NCBI RefSeq assembly: GCF_000283555.1
Contig: NC_016012.1
Coordinates: 660,001 to 692,000, forward strand
Origin: Candidatus Arthromitus sp. SFB-rat-Yit
GTDB lineage: Bacteria > Bacillota > Clostridia > Clostridiales > Clostridiaceae
Reading direction: 5' to 3'
DNA length: 32,000 nucleotides
The notes under the pieces are model-generated. The model had not been told where the DNA came from. It searched no databases and saw nothing but the letters and a program-made list of their open reading frames with translations. Position 1 is the first letter of the stretch. The number at the start of each line of letters is the position of its first letter. Shown in pieces: positions 1-9,213 of this stretch. Both the position numbers and the translations under genes were made by a program.

Positions 1-906
1 GCGGGTTATGATGATAAATTTATTCCAAGTTTGCGTAAGTTAGCAAGTGCTGCAAAAAGTGGTGGTGCTGCGGCAGTACTTCAAATTTTTCATGCTGGTA
101 ATAAGGCTCTGCCTAATTTAGTTCCAAATGGTGATGTAGTTAGTGCTAGTTCTGTGAAAACTGAAGCAGGACCATTTTCACCAGCAATATTACCTAGAGA
201 ACTTTCACATGAGGAAATTTTAGATATAATTGATTCATTTGGAGAAACTACTAGACGTGCAATTGAAGCTGGTTTTGATGGTATTGAGATTCATGGGGCA
301 CATGGTTTTTTGGTTCAAAATTTTCTTTCCCCATTATTTAATATACGTAATGATGAGTGGGGTGGTTCTTTAGAAAAAAGGTTAAGTTTTCCGTTAGCAG
401 TTGTAGACAAAATAAAGGATGTAATTAAAAAGTATGCCAAGAATCCTTTTATTTTGGGTTATAGAATTTCTCCTGAAGAGTCTGAAGAAGGAGGATTAAG
501 AATAGGAGATACTTATGAATTAATCAATCGTCTTATTGGGGTAAATGTTGATTATATACATGTTTCATTACCTAGTGCTCTTGATTCTAGACCAATCGAT
601 AATGAGAATGAAAAAACATATCTTGAATTAATTAATAAATGTGTAAATGGAAGAGTGCCAATAATGGTGGCTGGGTCTATGTTTACACCAGATAATGCTA
701 TGGAAGCATTGAATAAAGGTGCATCTTTGGCAGCAATAGGACATGCTTTAGTTATGAATCCAGATTGGGTGGAAAAGGTTGAAAATGATAAAGAAAATGA
801 GATTAGAATGTCAATTAATGCATCGAAGGTAAATGAACTTGTATTACCACAAAAATTATGGGGTGTACTTAAAAATTCAGTACCATGGTTTAATATTGAA
901 GAATAG
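1..906 (+). CDS. NADH:flavin oxidoreductase, Old Yellow Enzyme-like FMN TIM-barrel family (5' end outside window)
   Basis: Frame 1 is open from base 1 (GYDDKFIPS precedes the listed ORF). Motifs QIFHAGN, IEIHGAHGFLVQNFLSP and RNDEWGGSLEKR are typical of OYE-type flavin oxidoreductases. Confidence 0.75.
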   Translation, partial: AGYDDKFIPSLRKLASAAKSGGAAAVLQIFHAGNKALPNLVPNGDVVSASSVKTEAGPFSPAILPRELSHEEILDIIDSFGETTRRAIEAGFDGIEIHGAHGFLVQNFLSPLFNIRNDEWGGSLEKRLSFPLAVVDKIKDVIKKYAKNPFILGYRISPEESEEGGLRIGDTYELINRLIGVNVDYIHVSLPSALDSRPIDNENEKTYLELINKCVNGRVPIMVAGSMFTPDNAMEALNKGASLAAIGHALVMNPDWVEKVENDKENEIRMSINASKVNELVLPQKLWGVLKNSVPWFNIEE

Positions 907-947
907 TATGTATTTTATAGATAAGATTTAGAATAATAAATTGATAT

Positions 948-1310
948 TTAAAAAATATTTTCAATGTAATTATAACTATATCTTTTGTTACCCCAAAATT
1001 TTATTTCCATTAAATCAAATTTGTATATGTTGTTGTGAAGATTGTTTATGGTTAAAAAATAATTTGCAGTGCATTTAATTCTAAATATTTTTTTGTTGTT
1101 AATTTGCTCTCGGGGTTCCGATATAAAATTATTTTTGAACATACACATACTTTTTACTTCAACAAATGATATAACATTATTTTTTAAACATATGATATCA
1201 ATCTCTCCTCTTTTTGATTTGAAATTTCTATTTATGACTTTAAAATTTTTGCTGAGTAGTACTTTTACAGCTAAATTTTCTCCAAGGTTTCCAATTTCTT
1301 TTGTTGTCAT
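948..1310 (-). CDS. yraN: YraN/UPF0102 family endonuclease-like protein
   Basis: 120 aa. GENLAVKVLLSKNFKVINRNFKSKRGEIDIICLKNNVISFVEVKS matches the YraN core (GE..A..L...G......N.....GEIDII......I.FVEVK). AGGAGG lies 8 nt upstream of the ATG. Confidence 0.8.
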   Translation of the reverse strand: MTTKEIGNLGENLAVKVLLSKNFKVINRNFKSKRGEIDIICLKNNVISFVEVKSMCMFKNNFISEPREQINNKKIFRIKCTANYFLTINNLHNNIYKFDLMEIKFWGNKRYSYNYIENIF

Positions 1311-1330
1311 TTAAAAAACGCCTCCTATTA

Positions 1331-2092
1331 TTAAGATTGTTGACATATTTTTAAAAAAATAACAGAAAAGGATACAAGTTTTTTTGTATCCTTTTCTGTT
1401 AAAAAGCTATCTCCTGTTTTGTAATCGATTGTTATTTCTGGTTGAACATTATACACAAAAACATTAAACATAACACCTTTTCCATTATCTTCAACAGACT
1501 TTGCTTCAATTTGAACCCCATTTGCAATAAGATTATTTTCTTCGAAAATTGGAGTAACTCTATAAAGCACATGGTTATCAGTTTTTTTCACATAATCACT
1601 AACCATATCTTCAAAAGGAAGCATTCCATCAACATTAAAATATCTTGTGCCTGTCATTAAATTTTTTTCATTTGCATTTTCAGCAGAAAGTTGAAATCCT
1701 ATAAGATGACATCTATTGTATAGAGATTTACCTTCAACTATATCATACTTTACGCTTTTCCATCCAGTAGGTTTAATATGTGATATATTTTTACGTTTTT
1801 CTGTCGGCATAATATCTTGTCCAATATTTGCAAATGCAACACCAACTCGTCCTAAATAATCCAAATCACTATATTTTTCAAATGATTTTGTTGTTAAATC
1901 TGATTGTGAAAAGAAGGGTACATTATTATTGATTTCTATGTATGGTTTCCCATTATATTCAGGGATTTCGTTTACATTAAAATTTTGAGTTATTTCATTT
2001 GTGTTAGGTGTAGAGGGTTTTAATACCCAATCTGCAAAAATAAAAGATATGAATAAGAACAATACTAAAATTATTGAATATAAAAATTTCAT
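1331..2092 (-). CDS. Secreted DNA/RNA non-specific endonuclease (DNA-entry nuclease/EndA-like, Endonuclease_NS_2-type)
   Basis: N-terminal hydrophobic signal/anchor MKFLYSIILVLFLFISFIFA. Core LGRVGVAFANIG...NRCHLIGFQLSAENANEKNLMTGTRYFNVDGMLPFE resembles Gram-positive secreted nucleases. Confidence 0.7.
   Translation of the reverse strand: MKFLYSIILVLFLFISFIFADWVLKPSTPNTNEITQNFNVNEIPEYNGKPYIEINNNVPFFSQSDLTTKSFEKYSDLDYLGRVGVAFANIGQDIMPTEKRKNISHIKPTGWKSVKYDIVEGKSLYNRCHLIGFQLSAENANEKNLMTGTRYFNVDGMLPFEDMVSDYVKKTDNHVLYRVTPIFEENNLIANGVQIEAKSVEDNGKGVMFNVFVYNVQPEITIDYKTGDSFLTEKDTKKLVSFSVIFLKICQQS
1352..1400 (-). terminator. Rho-independent terminator after the nuclease gene (overlaps its last codons)
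   Basis: Perfect 17-bp inverted repeat AACAGAAAAGGATACAA (1361-1377) / TTGTATCCTTTTCTGTT (1384-1400) with a 6-nt loop. A T-run follows on the minus strand (complement of 1352-1360). Confidence 0.6.
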
Positions 2093-2218
2093 CGATAACT
2101 CCCAATTCTATTTTTAAATTTAATAGTTTTATGCTATTATATCAGGTAAATAGGCGTAGGTGTATAGACAAAAAATATTTTGATGTAAATGAGAACTCTA
2201 AATTTTAAGGAGATTAGT

Positions 2219-2803
2219 ATGTTTAAAAAAGTTATATTTATTTTTTGCTTTATTATTTTTATTTGTGGTGTAAGCGTTTCTTGTAGCTACGGTGATAAAA
2301 AGAATAATGTATTTAAATCGCAGAAGTTGAATCAAGAAGATGAGGTTTCTGATGCATCAATGACAAAAGATGAATTACATGAAGCGATGACTAATCAACC
2401 GATAAAAATTTTAAGGACGGAACACTATGTATCAAGTATTTTAAATTCAAAAGGCGTACCACAGAATTATTTAACATCAGTTATTCAAAATAACAGTGGT
2501 GTTAGAATAAAAGATGTAGTAATTGGTTTTGTTGCTTGGGATGATAAAAATTTACCTATTAAAATAAAGAGTGACGATATGTTTTATATTCCAAGCTATC
2601 TTACAAAAGTAAACTACAATGATATTAATTTGGAAGATGGATACAGCTATGGTCAGAATATAGGTGCAGCAGTAGAAAATGATGAAATTGTAAATTTAAA
2701 ATCAATAGTTATTTCCTATACAGATTACGAGGGAAATACATGGGAAAATGATTTAATGAAAGACTTTGAAAACTTATATTTAAATAAAAAATTTGTAGAG
2801 TAA
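2219..2803 (+). CDS. Putative lipoprotein, unknown function (paralog of 19618..20217)
   Basis: ATG at 2219 is preceded by AAGGAG, so it is preferred over the 2189 ORF start. Signal peptide MFKKVIFIFCFIIFICGVSVSC has a lipobox-like VSC. Conserved blocks are shared with the second copy (GFVAWD..N.P.KIKS, ISYTD..GNTWEN). Confidence 0.6.
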   Translation: MFKKVIFIFCFIIFICGVSVSCSYGDKKNNVFKSQKLNQEDEVSDASMTKDELHEAMTNQPIKILRTEHYVSSILNSKGVPQNYLTSVIQNNSGVRIKDVVIGFVAWDDKNLPIKIKSDDMFYIPSYLTKVNYNDINLEDGYSYGQNIGAAVENDEIVNLKSIVISYTDYEGNTWENDLMKDFENLYLNKKFVE

Positions 2804-2810
2804 GGTTTAT

Positions 2811-2855
2811 GAAGGACAAGTTTGGTTGTTAACCAGACCTGTCCTTCGTTTATTA
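2811..2855 (+). terminator. Candidate rho-independent terminator
   Basis: GAAGGACA (2811-2818) pairs with TGTCCTTC (2840-2847), with further inner pairing TTGGTT/AACCAG. A T-rich tail follows. Confidence 0.5.
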
Positions 2856-2884
2856 TTGTAAATATTTAGCGAAAAATGTATAAT
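2856..2884 (+). promoter_or_regulatory. Candidate sigma70-type promoter of the cas operon
   Basis: TTGTAA (2856-2861), 17-nt spacer, TATAAT (2879-2884) with TG immediately upstream. It lies 37 nt before the cas3 ATG. Confidence 0.35.
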
Positions 2885-2920
2885 TTTTGATATAAAGATT
2901 TTAAAATTTTAGAGGTTGAG

Positions 2921-5152
2921 ATGAATTTTAATGAAAAGCTAGCAAGAAGAATAGAAAAATCAGATGGACAAATCAAGTATCAAAAATTAATAGATCATAT
3001 ACATGGGGTTTCTGAATTCTCAGAGGAATTTATAAGTAAATTTTTTTTGGAAAATTCAGGGAAGGTTTTGGCTTTATTACATGATTTAGGAAAATATTCG
3101 GATGAATTTCAAGAAAGAATACGTGGTAAAAATATAAAGGTTGATCATTCAACAGCAGGTGCAATAATTTGCGATGATTTGGAAAGTGAATTAAAAGATA
3201 AGCATGAAAGCGTAATATATAAAATTTTTAAGTACATAATTATAGGTCATCACTCTGGACTTTTGAATTATGGGACAGACATTGATGATGCGGGAACTAT
3301 AAGTTCAAGACTTAATAAAAAAGAGGAATTATGTGATTTTTCTGATTGGAAAGATGAAATAAGCATTGATGAGATTAAGCAAATTAATATGAGCAAAGAA
3401 GTCTATAGATTTTTTAAAGATAATTTTTCGATACAGATGCTTATAAGATTTTTATTTTCTTCTCTTGTTGATGGAGATAGGCTTGATGCTCAAAGATTTT
3501 CTGAAGGTGAAAATTCAATCATTAATTCTAAAAAATTAATGAGTTTGGATGAAATGACAGAGAAATTTAATGATTTTATGGAATTAAAGAAATTAGATGG
3601 AACAAATAATCCGATAAATTCAATACGTAATATAATTTTTAATGATTGTGTTAATAAATCAAATGGTAGTAAAGGGTTTTATTCATTATGTGTTCCAACA
3701 GGTGGAGGAAAAACGTTATCTTCTTTGGCGTTTGCCTTGAATCATGCAAAACAAAATGGTCATGATAGAATAATTTATTCTCTACCATTCACAAGTATAA
3801 TAGAGCAGAATGCGAAGGTGTATTCTGACATTTTTGGAGAAGAAAATGTTTTGGAGCATCATTGTAATTTCAATTTTTCAAATGAGATTGGTGAAAATGA
3901 ATATTCAGAGAAGCAACTCAAGTATAAGCTTGCAACTGAGAATTGGGATATGCCTTTGATTGTAACTACTAATGTTCAATTGTTTGAAAGTATGTATTCT
4001 AACAAACCTTCTTCTGTAAGGAAGCTTCATAATATTTATAATAGTATAATAATTTTGGATGAAGCTCAGGTTATACCAAATGAATATTTAAAACCTTGTA
4101 TAAGAGCCTTAGAGGAACTGGTGAAAAATTATTCATGTACAGTATTATTTTGTACAGCGACTCAGCCAGGATTTAAGAAGAACGGATTGATAGAAAATTT
4201 TGACGTAGTCGAAATAATAGATGATACATATAAACTTTTTGAAGATTTGAAAAGGGTTGAAGGGAAATTTATTGGAAAGCAAAGTGTGGAAGAGATATGT
4301 AACAAAATGAATTCACACAAACAAGTCTTGACGATCGTTAATACAAAAAAACATGCAAAGGAAATTTTTGAAAGTTTAAGTGAAAGTGAAGGGAACTTTC
4401 ATCTTTCAACTAACATGTATCCTAATCACAGAAAAGAAATTATTAGGATCATCAAAGAAAGATTAAAAAATGGGGAAGAGTGTAGAGTTATTTCGACTCA
4501 GTTAATCGAGGCTGGAGTTGATGTTGATTTTCCTGTTGTATTTCGTTCAGTTAGCGGAATTGATTCAATTGTACAAGCTGCAGGAAGATGCAACAGAGAG
4601 GGAAAACGAAAAGAATCAACTGTGTATGTATTTAAACCAGAAGATAGTTTGCATTTAGGAATGGGATATTTAAAGTTAACATCGCAAATTGGAGAAGGAA
4701 TAATAGAAGACTTTAAAGATTTTCTATCAATAGATGCGATAGATAAATATTTTTCAGAATTATTTATTGATACAGATCACAGACAGGATAAACACAATAT
4801 TTTGAAAATAATAAATAAACGCAAAAAATTTGAATTAAAGTATGATTTTGAAAAAATTAATGATGAATTTAAGTTTATTGATAATGTAGGAACTCAAATT
4901 ATTGTACCGATTGGAGAAGGAGAAAAACTTTTAAATGTTCTTAAGTATTCTGAAAAAGGAATTAAGAGTGTTTTAAGAAAATTAAATGGATTTTCTATCA
5001 ATATAGCAGATAACGTTTTAAAAGAATTAATAGAAGGTGGATGTGCTGAACAATTTTCCGATGATATCTTTGTCTTAAAAAATTTAAGCATGTATGATAG
5101 CAAGATAGGTTTTGATAAAGATAATATAGAAAATTATGATTATATTATTTAA
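2921..5152 (+). CDS. cas3: Cas3 HD-nuclease/helicase (type I-C)
   Basis: N-terminal HD domain (LLHDLGKYSDEFQ, IIGHHSGL). Helicase motifs VPTGGGKT (Walker A), ILDEAQ (DExx) and AAGRCNREG. First gene of the I-C cassette. Confidence 0.92.
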   Translation: MNFNEKLARRIEKSDGQIKYQKLIDHIHGVSEFSEEFISKFFLENSGKVLALLHDLGKYSDEFQERIRGKNIKVDHSTAGAIICDDLESELKDKHESVIYKIFKYIIIGHHSGLLNYGTDIDDAGTISSRLNKKEELCDFSDWKDEISIDEIKQINMSKEVYRFFKDNFSIQMLIRFLFSSLVDGDRLDAQRFSEGENSIINSKKLMSLDEMTEKFNDFMELKKLDGTNNPINSIRNIIFNDCVNKSNGSKGFYSLCVPTGGGKTLSSLAFALNHAKQNGHDRIIYSLPFTSIIEQNAKVYSDIFGEENVLEHHCNFNFSNEIGENEYSEKQLKYKLATENWDMPLIVTTNVQLFESMYSNKPSSVRKLHNIYNSIIILDEAQVIPNEYLKPCIRALEELVKNYSCTVLFCTATQPGFKKNGLIENFDVVEIIDDTYKLFEDLKRVEGKFIGKQSVEEICNKMNSHKQVLTIVNTKKHAKEIFESLSESEGNFHLSTNMYPNHRKEIIRIIKERLKNGEECRVISTQLIEAGVDVDFPVVFRSVSGIDSIVQAAGRCNREGKRKESTVYVFKPEDSLHLGMGYLKLTSQIGEGIIEDFKDFLSIDAIDKYFSELFIDTDHRQDKHNILKIINKRKKFELKYDFEKINDEFKFIDNVGTQIIVPIGEGEKLLNVLKYSEKGIKSVLRKLNGFSINIADNVLKELIEGGCAEQFSDDIFVLKNLSMYDSKIGFDKDNIENYDYII

Positions 5153-5170
5153 TTTTTATGGAGGGAATTT

Positions 5171-5851
5171 ATGGGATTTACTTTGAGAGTTTGGGGAGAT
5201 TATGCTTGTTTCACAAGACCTGAAATGAAGGTAGAAAGAGTTAGCTATGATGTTATAACTCCTTCTTCAGCTCGAGCTATATTTGAGGCGATTCATTGGA
5301 AACCAGCTATTAGATGGGTTATAGATGAAATAAATGTAATTAAGCCAATTAAATTTCAAACTATTCTTAGGAATGAAGTAAAAAGTGTTATAAGCGAACA
5401 ATCGATAAAAAATTCGATGAAGAATATGGAAAAACAAATTTATATTGACGCTAATGAAGAAAGAGCACAAAGAAATTCAATGATACTTAAGGATGTTGAA
5501 TATGTTATAAAAGCCCATTTTGAAATGACTAAGCACGCTGGAGAAAGTGATGATGAAAAGAAACATTATAATATCTTTTTAAGACGAGCTAGGAAAGGTG
5601 AATGCTTTACTCAACCATATTTTGGATGCAGGGAATTTTCATGTAATTTTGAGCTTTTAGAAGATGGAGAAGTTCCAGCTAACATTAATGAAACAAAAGA
5701 TTTAGGATGGATGCTTTATGATATAGATTTTGTGAAGAAAGGAGATTCATATAAGGGGGTCAAAGAATATAACCCTAAATTTTTTAGGGCTGAAATGATT
5801 AAAGGTAAAATATTTATCCCTCAAAATCTTCACAAGGAGGTTAATAAATGA
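5171..5851 (+). CDS. cas5: Cas5 (Cas5d/Cas5c, type I-C pre-crRNA processing subunit)
   Basis: N-terminus LRVWGDYACFTRPEMKVERVSYDVITPSSARAIFEAIHWKP is the hallmark Cas5d sequence. No cas6 is present, as expected for I-C. Confidence 0.92.
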   Translation: MGFTLRVWGDYACFTRPEMKVERVSYDVITPSSARAIFEAIHWKPAIRWVIDEINVIKPIKFQTILRNEVKSVISEQSIKNSMKNMEKQIYIDANEERAQRNSMILKDVEYVIKAHFEMTKHAGESDDEKKHYNIFLRRARKGECFTQPYFGCREFSCNFELLEDGEVPANINETKDLGWMLYDIDFVKKGDSYKGVKEYNPKFFRAEMIKGKIFIPQNLHKEVNK

Positions 5852-7686
5852 TTCTAAAAGAGTTGGTAGATTGTTATGATTTGATGGCGAATTCAGATAA
5901 GTTTCAAATTGCTGATAATAATTCGAACAATGAAAATGTGTCTTTTAAAGTTACTATTGATCAAGATGGAATTGTAAGCAGTGTTATTGATTTAAGAGAA
6001 GGTTCAGGTTCAAAGAGGAAGCCTGTTTTGATGACTGTTCCATACAAGTTTTCGGGAAGAACGGGAAAATCTATTGTACCTTATTTTCTGTATGATAATG
6101 CCAAATACTTATTTGGTTGTGAACTAGATAGTAAGTCTTTAGAATTAAATAGATTTGATGAATATGTTGGTGCATCAAAAAAATTACATATGGAGATATT
6201 GGAAGGATCTCAATCCAAGTATCAATTGATTCTTGAAAAGTTTTTTGATAATCGAGATCAAAACATAGAGATTGTTAAGGAAAAAGATACAGAAGCATTG
6301 AAGAGTGGGTTTATTGTCTTATGTTTTAAAAATGATACCAAATGCATCCATGAGCAACAAGAAATTAAAAAAGCATTTGCATTATACAGGCAAATTAAAT
6401 TTAAGGATGTAAAAGATTTAAAAGGAGATTGTCTTATAAGTGGATTTACAAATGTTCCAATTGCTAGAACTCATACTCCAATAAAGGGGGTTTTGGGTTC
6501 AAGTGCTTCTGGGGCAATGATTGTAAGTTTTAATGAAAGTGCTTTTGAATCTTATGGGAAAAAACAAAGTTACAATGCGAGTGTTTCTAATGGAAATGAA
6601 TTTAAATATACAACTGTTTTAAACAAGATTTTATCTGGTAATGAAAACAAAATATATTTATCAGGAAATAGCATTGTATTTTGGAGTAATAAGATCGGAT
6701 GTAAAGAAGAAAAGATTATACATGCTTTTTTAAGAGATGATGAAGATGATAATGACGAAGAAGGTAATGGTGGAATCAAGTACAACCAGGAGGGAGTTGA
6801 TAAAATTGAAAGTGTTATAAAACTTATTAAACAAGGTAAGACGGTTAACATTGACAAATTAAAATTAGATGATTCGGTAAATATGTATATTCTAGGTCTT
6901 TATGGTACTAAGTCTAGGATATTCATCAGATTTTGGTTTAAAAATTCTTTAATAGATTTTGTGAAATTAACAAACAAACATTTTGAAGATACAAAACTTA
7001 AGAGAATTAGAAAGATTAATAAAAAAGATCTTATTCATGAAGAAGTTGGCGTGAAGATGTCACTAATATTAAAAACAATAACTCCTTATGGTAAAAGTCA
7101 AAACACTCCAAAAGCATTAATAAATACTCTTTTTAAAAGTATTTTAACAGGGGTTGTTTATCCAATATCTATTTATAATAAAATTCTTGAAAGGATTAAA
7201 GCAGAAGCTGGCGAAGATTATGCAGTTAATCATACAAGGGTTTCGTTTATAAAAGGATATTTAAAAAGGTATTATAGATTAAATAATTTTAAAGATAAAG
7301 AGGAGGAAATAACTGTGTCATTAAATAAAGAATCTAAAAATGTTGCGTATAATTTGGGCAGAATTTTTGCGATACTTGAAAAAATACAAATGGATTCCAA
7401 TAATGGTTCAACTAACATTAGAGAAAAATATTTGTCTTCAGCATCTTCAACACCTAAATCTATTTTCCCAAATTTATTAAACTTAGCACAATATCATATA
7501 GCCAAAATTAATAAAGAAAATAATAGGATGTTTAATTATTATGACAAAATAATAGGCGAGATATTGTTAAATATTAATGAGTTTCCAGCAGTATTTTCAA
7601 GTGATGAGCAAGGAATGTTTATATTGGGATATTATCATCAAAGAGAAGATATATATACGCCAAAAAAAGATAAGGAGGAAAACTAA
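5848..7686 (+). CDS. cas8c: Cas8c (Csd1) large subunit, type I-C
   Basis: 612 aa, ATGA overlap with cas5, positioned between cas5 and cas7. Csd1-like N-terminus MILKELVDCYD. Confidence 0.88.
   Translation: MILKELVDCYDLMANSDKFQIADNNSNNENVSFKVTIDQDGIVSSVIDLREGSGSKRKPVLMTVPYKFSGRTGKSIVPYFLYDNAKYLFGCELDSKSLELNRFDEYVGASKKLHMEILEGSQSKYQLILEKFFDNRDQNIEIVKEKDTEALKSGFIVLCFKNDTKCIHEQQEIKKAFALYRQIKFKDVKDLKGDCLISGFTNVPIARTHTPIKGVLGSSASGAMIVSFNESAFESYGKKQSYNASVSNGNEFKYTTVLNKILSGNENKIYLSGNSIVFWSNKIGCKEEKIIHAFLRDDEDDNDEEGNGGIKYNQEGVDKIESVIKLIKQGKTVNIDKLKLDDSVNMYILGLYGTKSRIFIRFWFKNSLIDFVKLTNKHFEDTKLKRIRKINKKDLIHEEVGVKMSLILKTITPYGKSQNTPKALINTLFKSILTGVVYPISIYNKILERIKAEAGEDYAVNHTRVSFIKGYLKRYYRLNNFKDKEEEITVSLNKESKNVAYNLGRIFAILEKIQMDSNNGSTNIREKYLSSASSTPKSIFPNLLNLAQYHIAKINKENNRMFNYYDKIIGEILLNINEFPAVFSSDEQGMFILGYYHQREDIYTPKKDKEEN
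7315..7686 (+). CDS. cas11: Predicted internally translated Cas11c small subunit (in frame within the cas8c 3' end)
   Basis: AGGAGG at 7301-7306 followed 8 nt later by an in-frame GTG (7315). This gives 123 aa ending at the cas8c stop. Internal Cas11 translation from cas8 is established for type I-C. Confidence 0.5.
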   Translation: MSLNKESKNVAYNLGRIFAILEKIQMDSNNGSTNIREKYLSSASSTPKSIFPNLLNLAQYHIAKINKENNRMFNYYDKIIGEILLNINEFPAVFSSDEQGMFILGYYHQREDIYTPKKDKEEN

Positions 7687-7688
7687 TT

Positions 7689-8555
7689 ATGTCATTAAGT
7701 AAAAGATATGAATTTGTAATATTGTTTGATGTTGAGAATGGGAATCCTAATGGAGATCCAGATTCAGGAAATATGCCAAGGATTGATCCAGAAACAGGAC
7801 ATGGTATTGTAACAGATGTTTGTATAAAAAGAAAAATTAGAAATTACATAGAAGTAGTTGAAGGTGAAAGACAAGGGTTTGATATATATGTAAAAAATGG
7901 TGTTGTTTTAAATGAACAGCATAGAAAAGCATACGATGCTTTTGAATTAAAATCCGAGAAGAAGAAATTACCAAAAGACGAAAAACTTGCAAAAGAACTT
8001 ACGGGTTATATGTGCAAGAATTTTTATGACATACGTAGCTTTGGAGCGGTCATGAGCAACGAGGTAAACTGCGGTCAGGTTAGAGGACCTGTTCAATTGA
8101 ATTTCGGAAGAAGTATAGATCCTATTTTTTCTCAGGATTTAACAATAACTAGATGTGCAGTTACAAATTTAAATGATTTGGAAAAAGGACAAACTATGGG
8201 AAGGAAACAAATAGTTCCATATGGTTTATATAGAATGGAAGGATATGTTTCAGCACATTTAGCAGAAAGGGTTACAGGATTTAGTGAGGAAGATTTAAAT
8301 ATTTTGTGGGAAGCTATTATAAATATGTTCGAATACGATCGTTCTGCATCACATGGTAAGATGGCAACAAGGAAACTTTATGTTTTTGAACATGAAACAG
8401 CACTTGGAAATGCTCCGTCGCATAAATTGTTTGATTTAATAAAAATTGAAAAGAAGGATAAATCAAGACCTTCTAGGAATTTTAATGATTATGAGATTGT
8501 TATTGATGAGGTGCCTAAGGGTGTGAATCTTACAGAGCTTATAGATGGAATTTAA
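7689..8555 (+). CDS. cas7: Cas7 (Csd2) backbone subunit, type I-C
   Basis: YEFVILFDVENGNPNGDPDSGNMPRIDPETGHGIVTDVCIKRKIRNY is the classic Csd2/Cas7c N-terminus. Confidence 0.93.
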   Translation: MSLSKRYEFVILFDVENGNPNGDPDSGNMPRIDPETGHGIVTDVCIKRKIRNYIEVVEGERQGFDIYVKNGVVLNEQHRKAYDAFELKSEKKKLPKDEKLAKELTGYMCKNFYDIRSFGAVMSNEVNCGQVRGPVQLNFGRSIDPIFSQDLTITRCAVTNLNDLEKGQTMGRKQIVPYGLYRMEGYVSAHLAERVTGFSEEDLNILWEAIINMFEYDRSASHGKMATRKLYVFEHETALGNAPSHKLFDLIKIEKKDKSRPSRNFNDYEIVIDEVPKGVNLTELIDGI

Positions 8556-9213
8556 TATGGATTATTTGATGATTTCAGGTATTCAACATTTTGTTTTTTG
8601 TCCACGTCAATGGGCTCTTATACATATAGAACAGATTTGGAAGGATAATGTCAAAACTTTTAAAGGACATAAATTCCATGAAAAAGTTGATGATCCATAT
8701 GTTTTTGAGAAAAGGGGAGAGCGTATAATTTCACGCTCCATTCCTTTAATTTCACATGAGTTATCTTTAGTTGGTGTTAGTGATTGTATTGAATTTTATG
8801 TTAGGAATGATAATTTAGGAGTTAAAATTAAAGGAAGAGAAGGAAGTTATGATGTAATACCAATTGAGTATAAAGTTGGAGATATTAAAGATGATGAAAG
8901 TGATATTTCACAGCTCTGTGTTCAAGCTATTTGTCTTGAAGAAATGTTTGATACAAAAATTAAAAAAGGGTATTTCTATTATGGCAAGCTAAGAAGAAGA
9001 GTTGAGGTTGAATTTACAGAGGAGCTTAGAAAAAATGTTAAAGAATTAGCTAAGAAGATGAAATATTATTTTGATAATGGAGTAACCCCAAAAGCTTGTT
9101 ATAAAAAACATTGCGTGAGTTGTTCTCTTTATGATATTTGTTTACCTAAATTAAATCGTAGTTATACTAAAGTTAAAAATTATATTGATTCTTATTGGAT
9201 ATCAGGGAGCTAG
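8545..9213 (+). CDS. cas4: Cas4 RecB-like exonuclease with C-terminal Cys cluster
   Basis: DYLMISGIQHFVFCPRQWALIHIEQ, IPIEYKVG, and a C-terminal cluster CYKKHCVSCSLYDIC. The start may instead be the ATG at 8557. Confidence 0.88.
   Translation: MEFNMDYLMISGIQHFVFCPRQWALIHIEQIWKDNVKTFKGHKFHEKVDDPYVFEKRGERIISRSIPLISHELSLVGVSDCIEFYVRNDNLGVKIKGREGSYDVIPIEYKVGDIKDDESDISQLCVQAICLEEMFDTKIKKGYFYYGKLRRRVEVEFTEELRKNVKELAKKMKYYFDNGVTPKACYKKHCVSCSLYDICLPKLNRSYTKVKNYIDSYWISGS

Noticed and set aside
2189-2218. Upstream start of the first lipoprotein ORF (MRTLNFKEIS)
   Set aside because: The AAGGAG RBS lies inside this extension, directly before the ATG at 2219. The signal peptide starts at that Met.
6738-6775. 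Acidic low-complexity patch in Cas8c (DDEDDNDEEGNGG), considered as a DNA repeat or insertion
   Set aside because: No exact DNA tandem unit is present. It looks like an ordinary variable acidic loop in a poorly conserved large subunit.
9155-9213. Possible Cas4-Cas1 fusion produced by a +1 frameshift in the 59-nt overlap, by analogy with natural Cas4/Cas1 fusions
   Set aside because: No slippery or heptameric motif is evident, and natural fusions keep the complete Cas1 N-terminal domain, which is not encoded here in any frame. A deletion is the simpler explanation.
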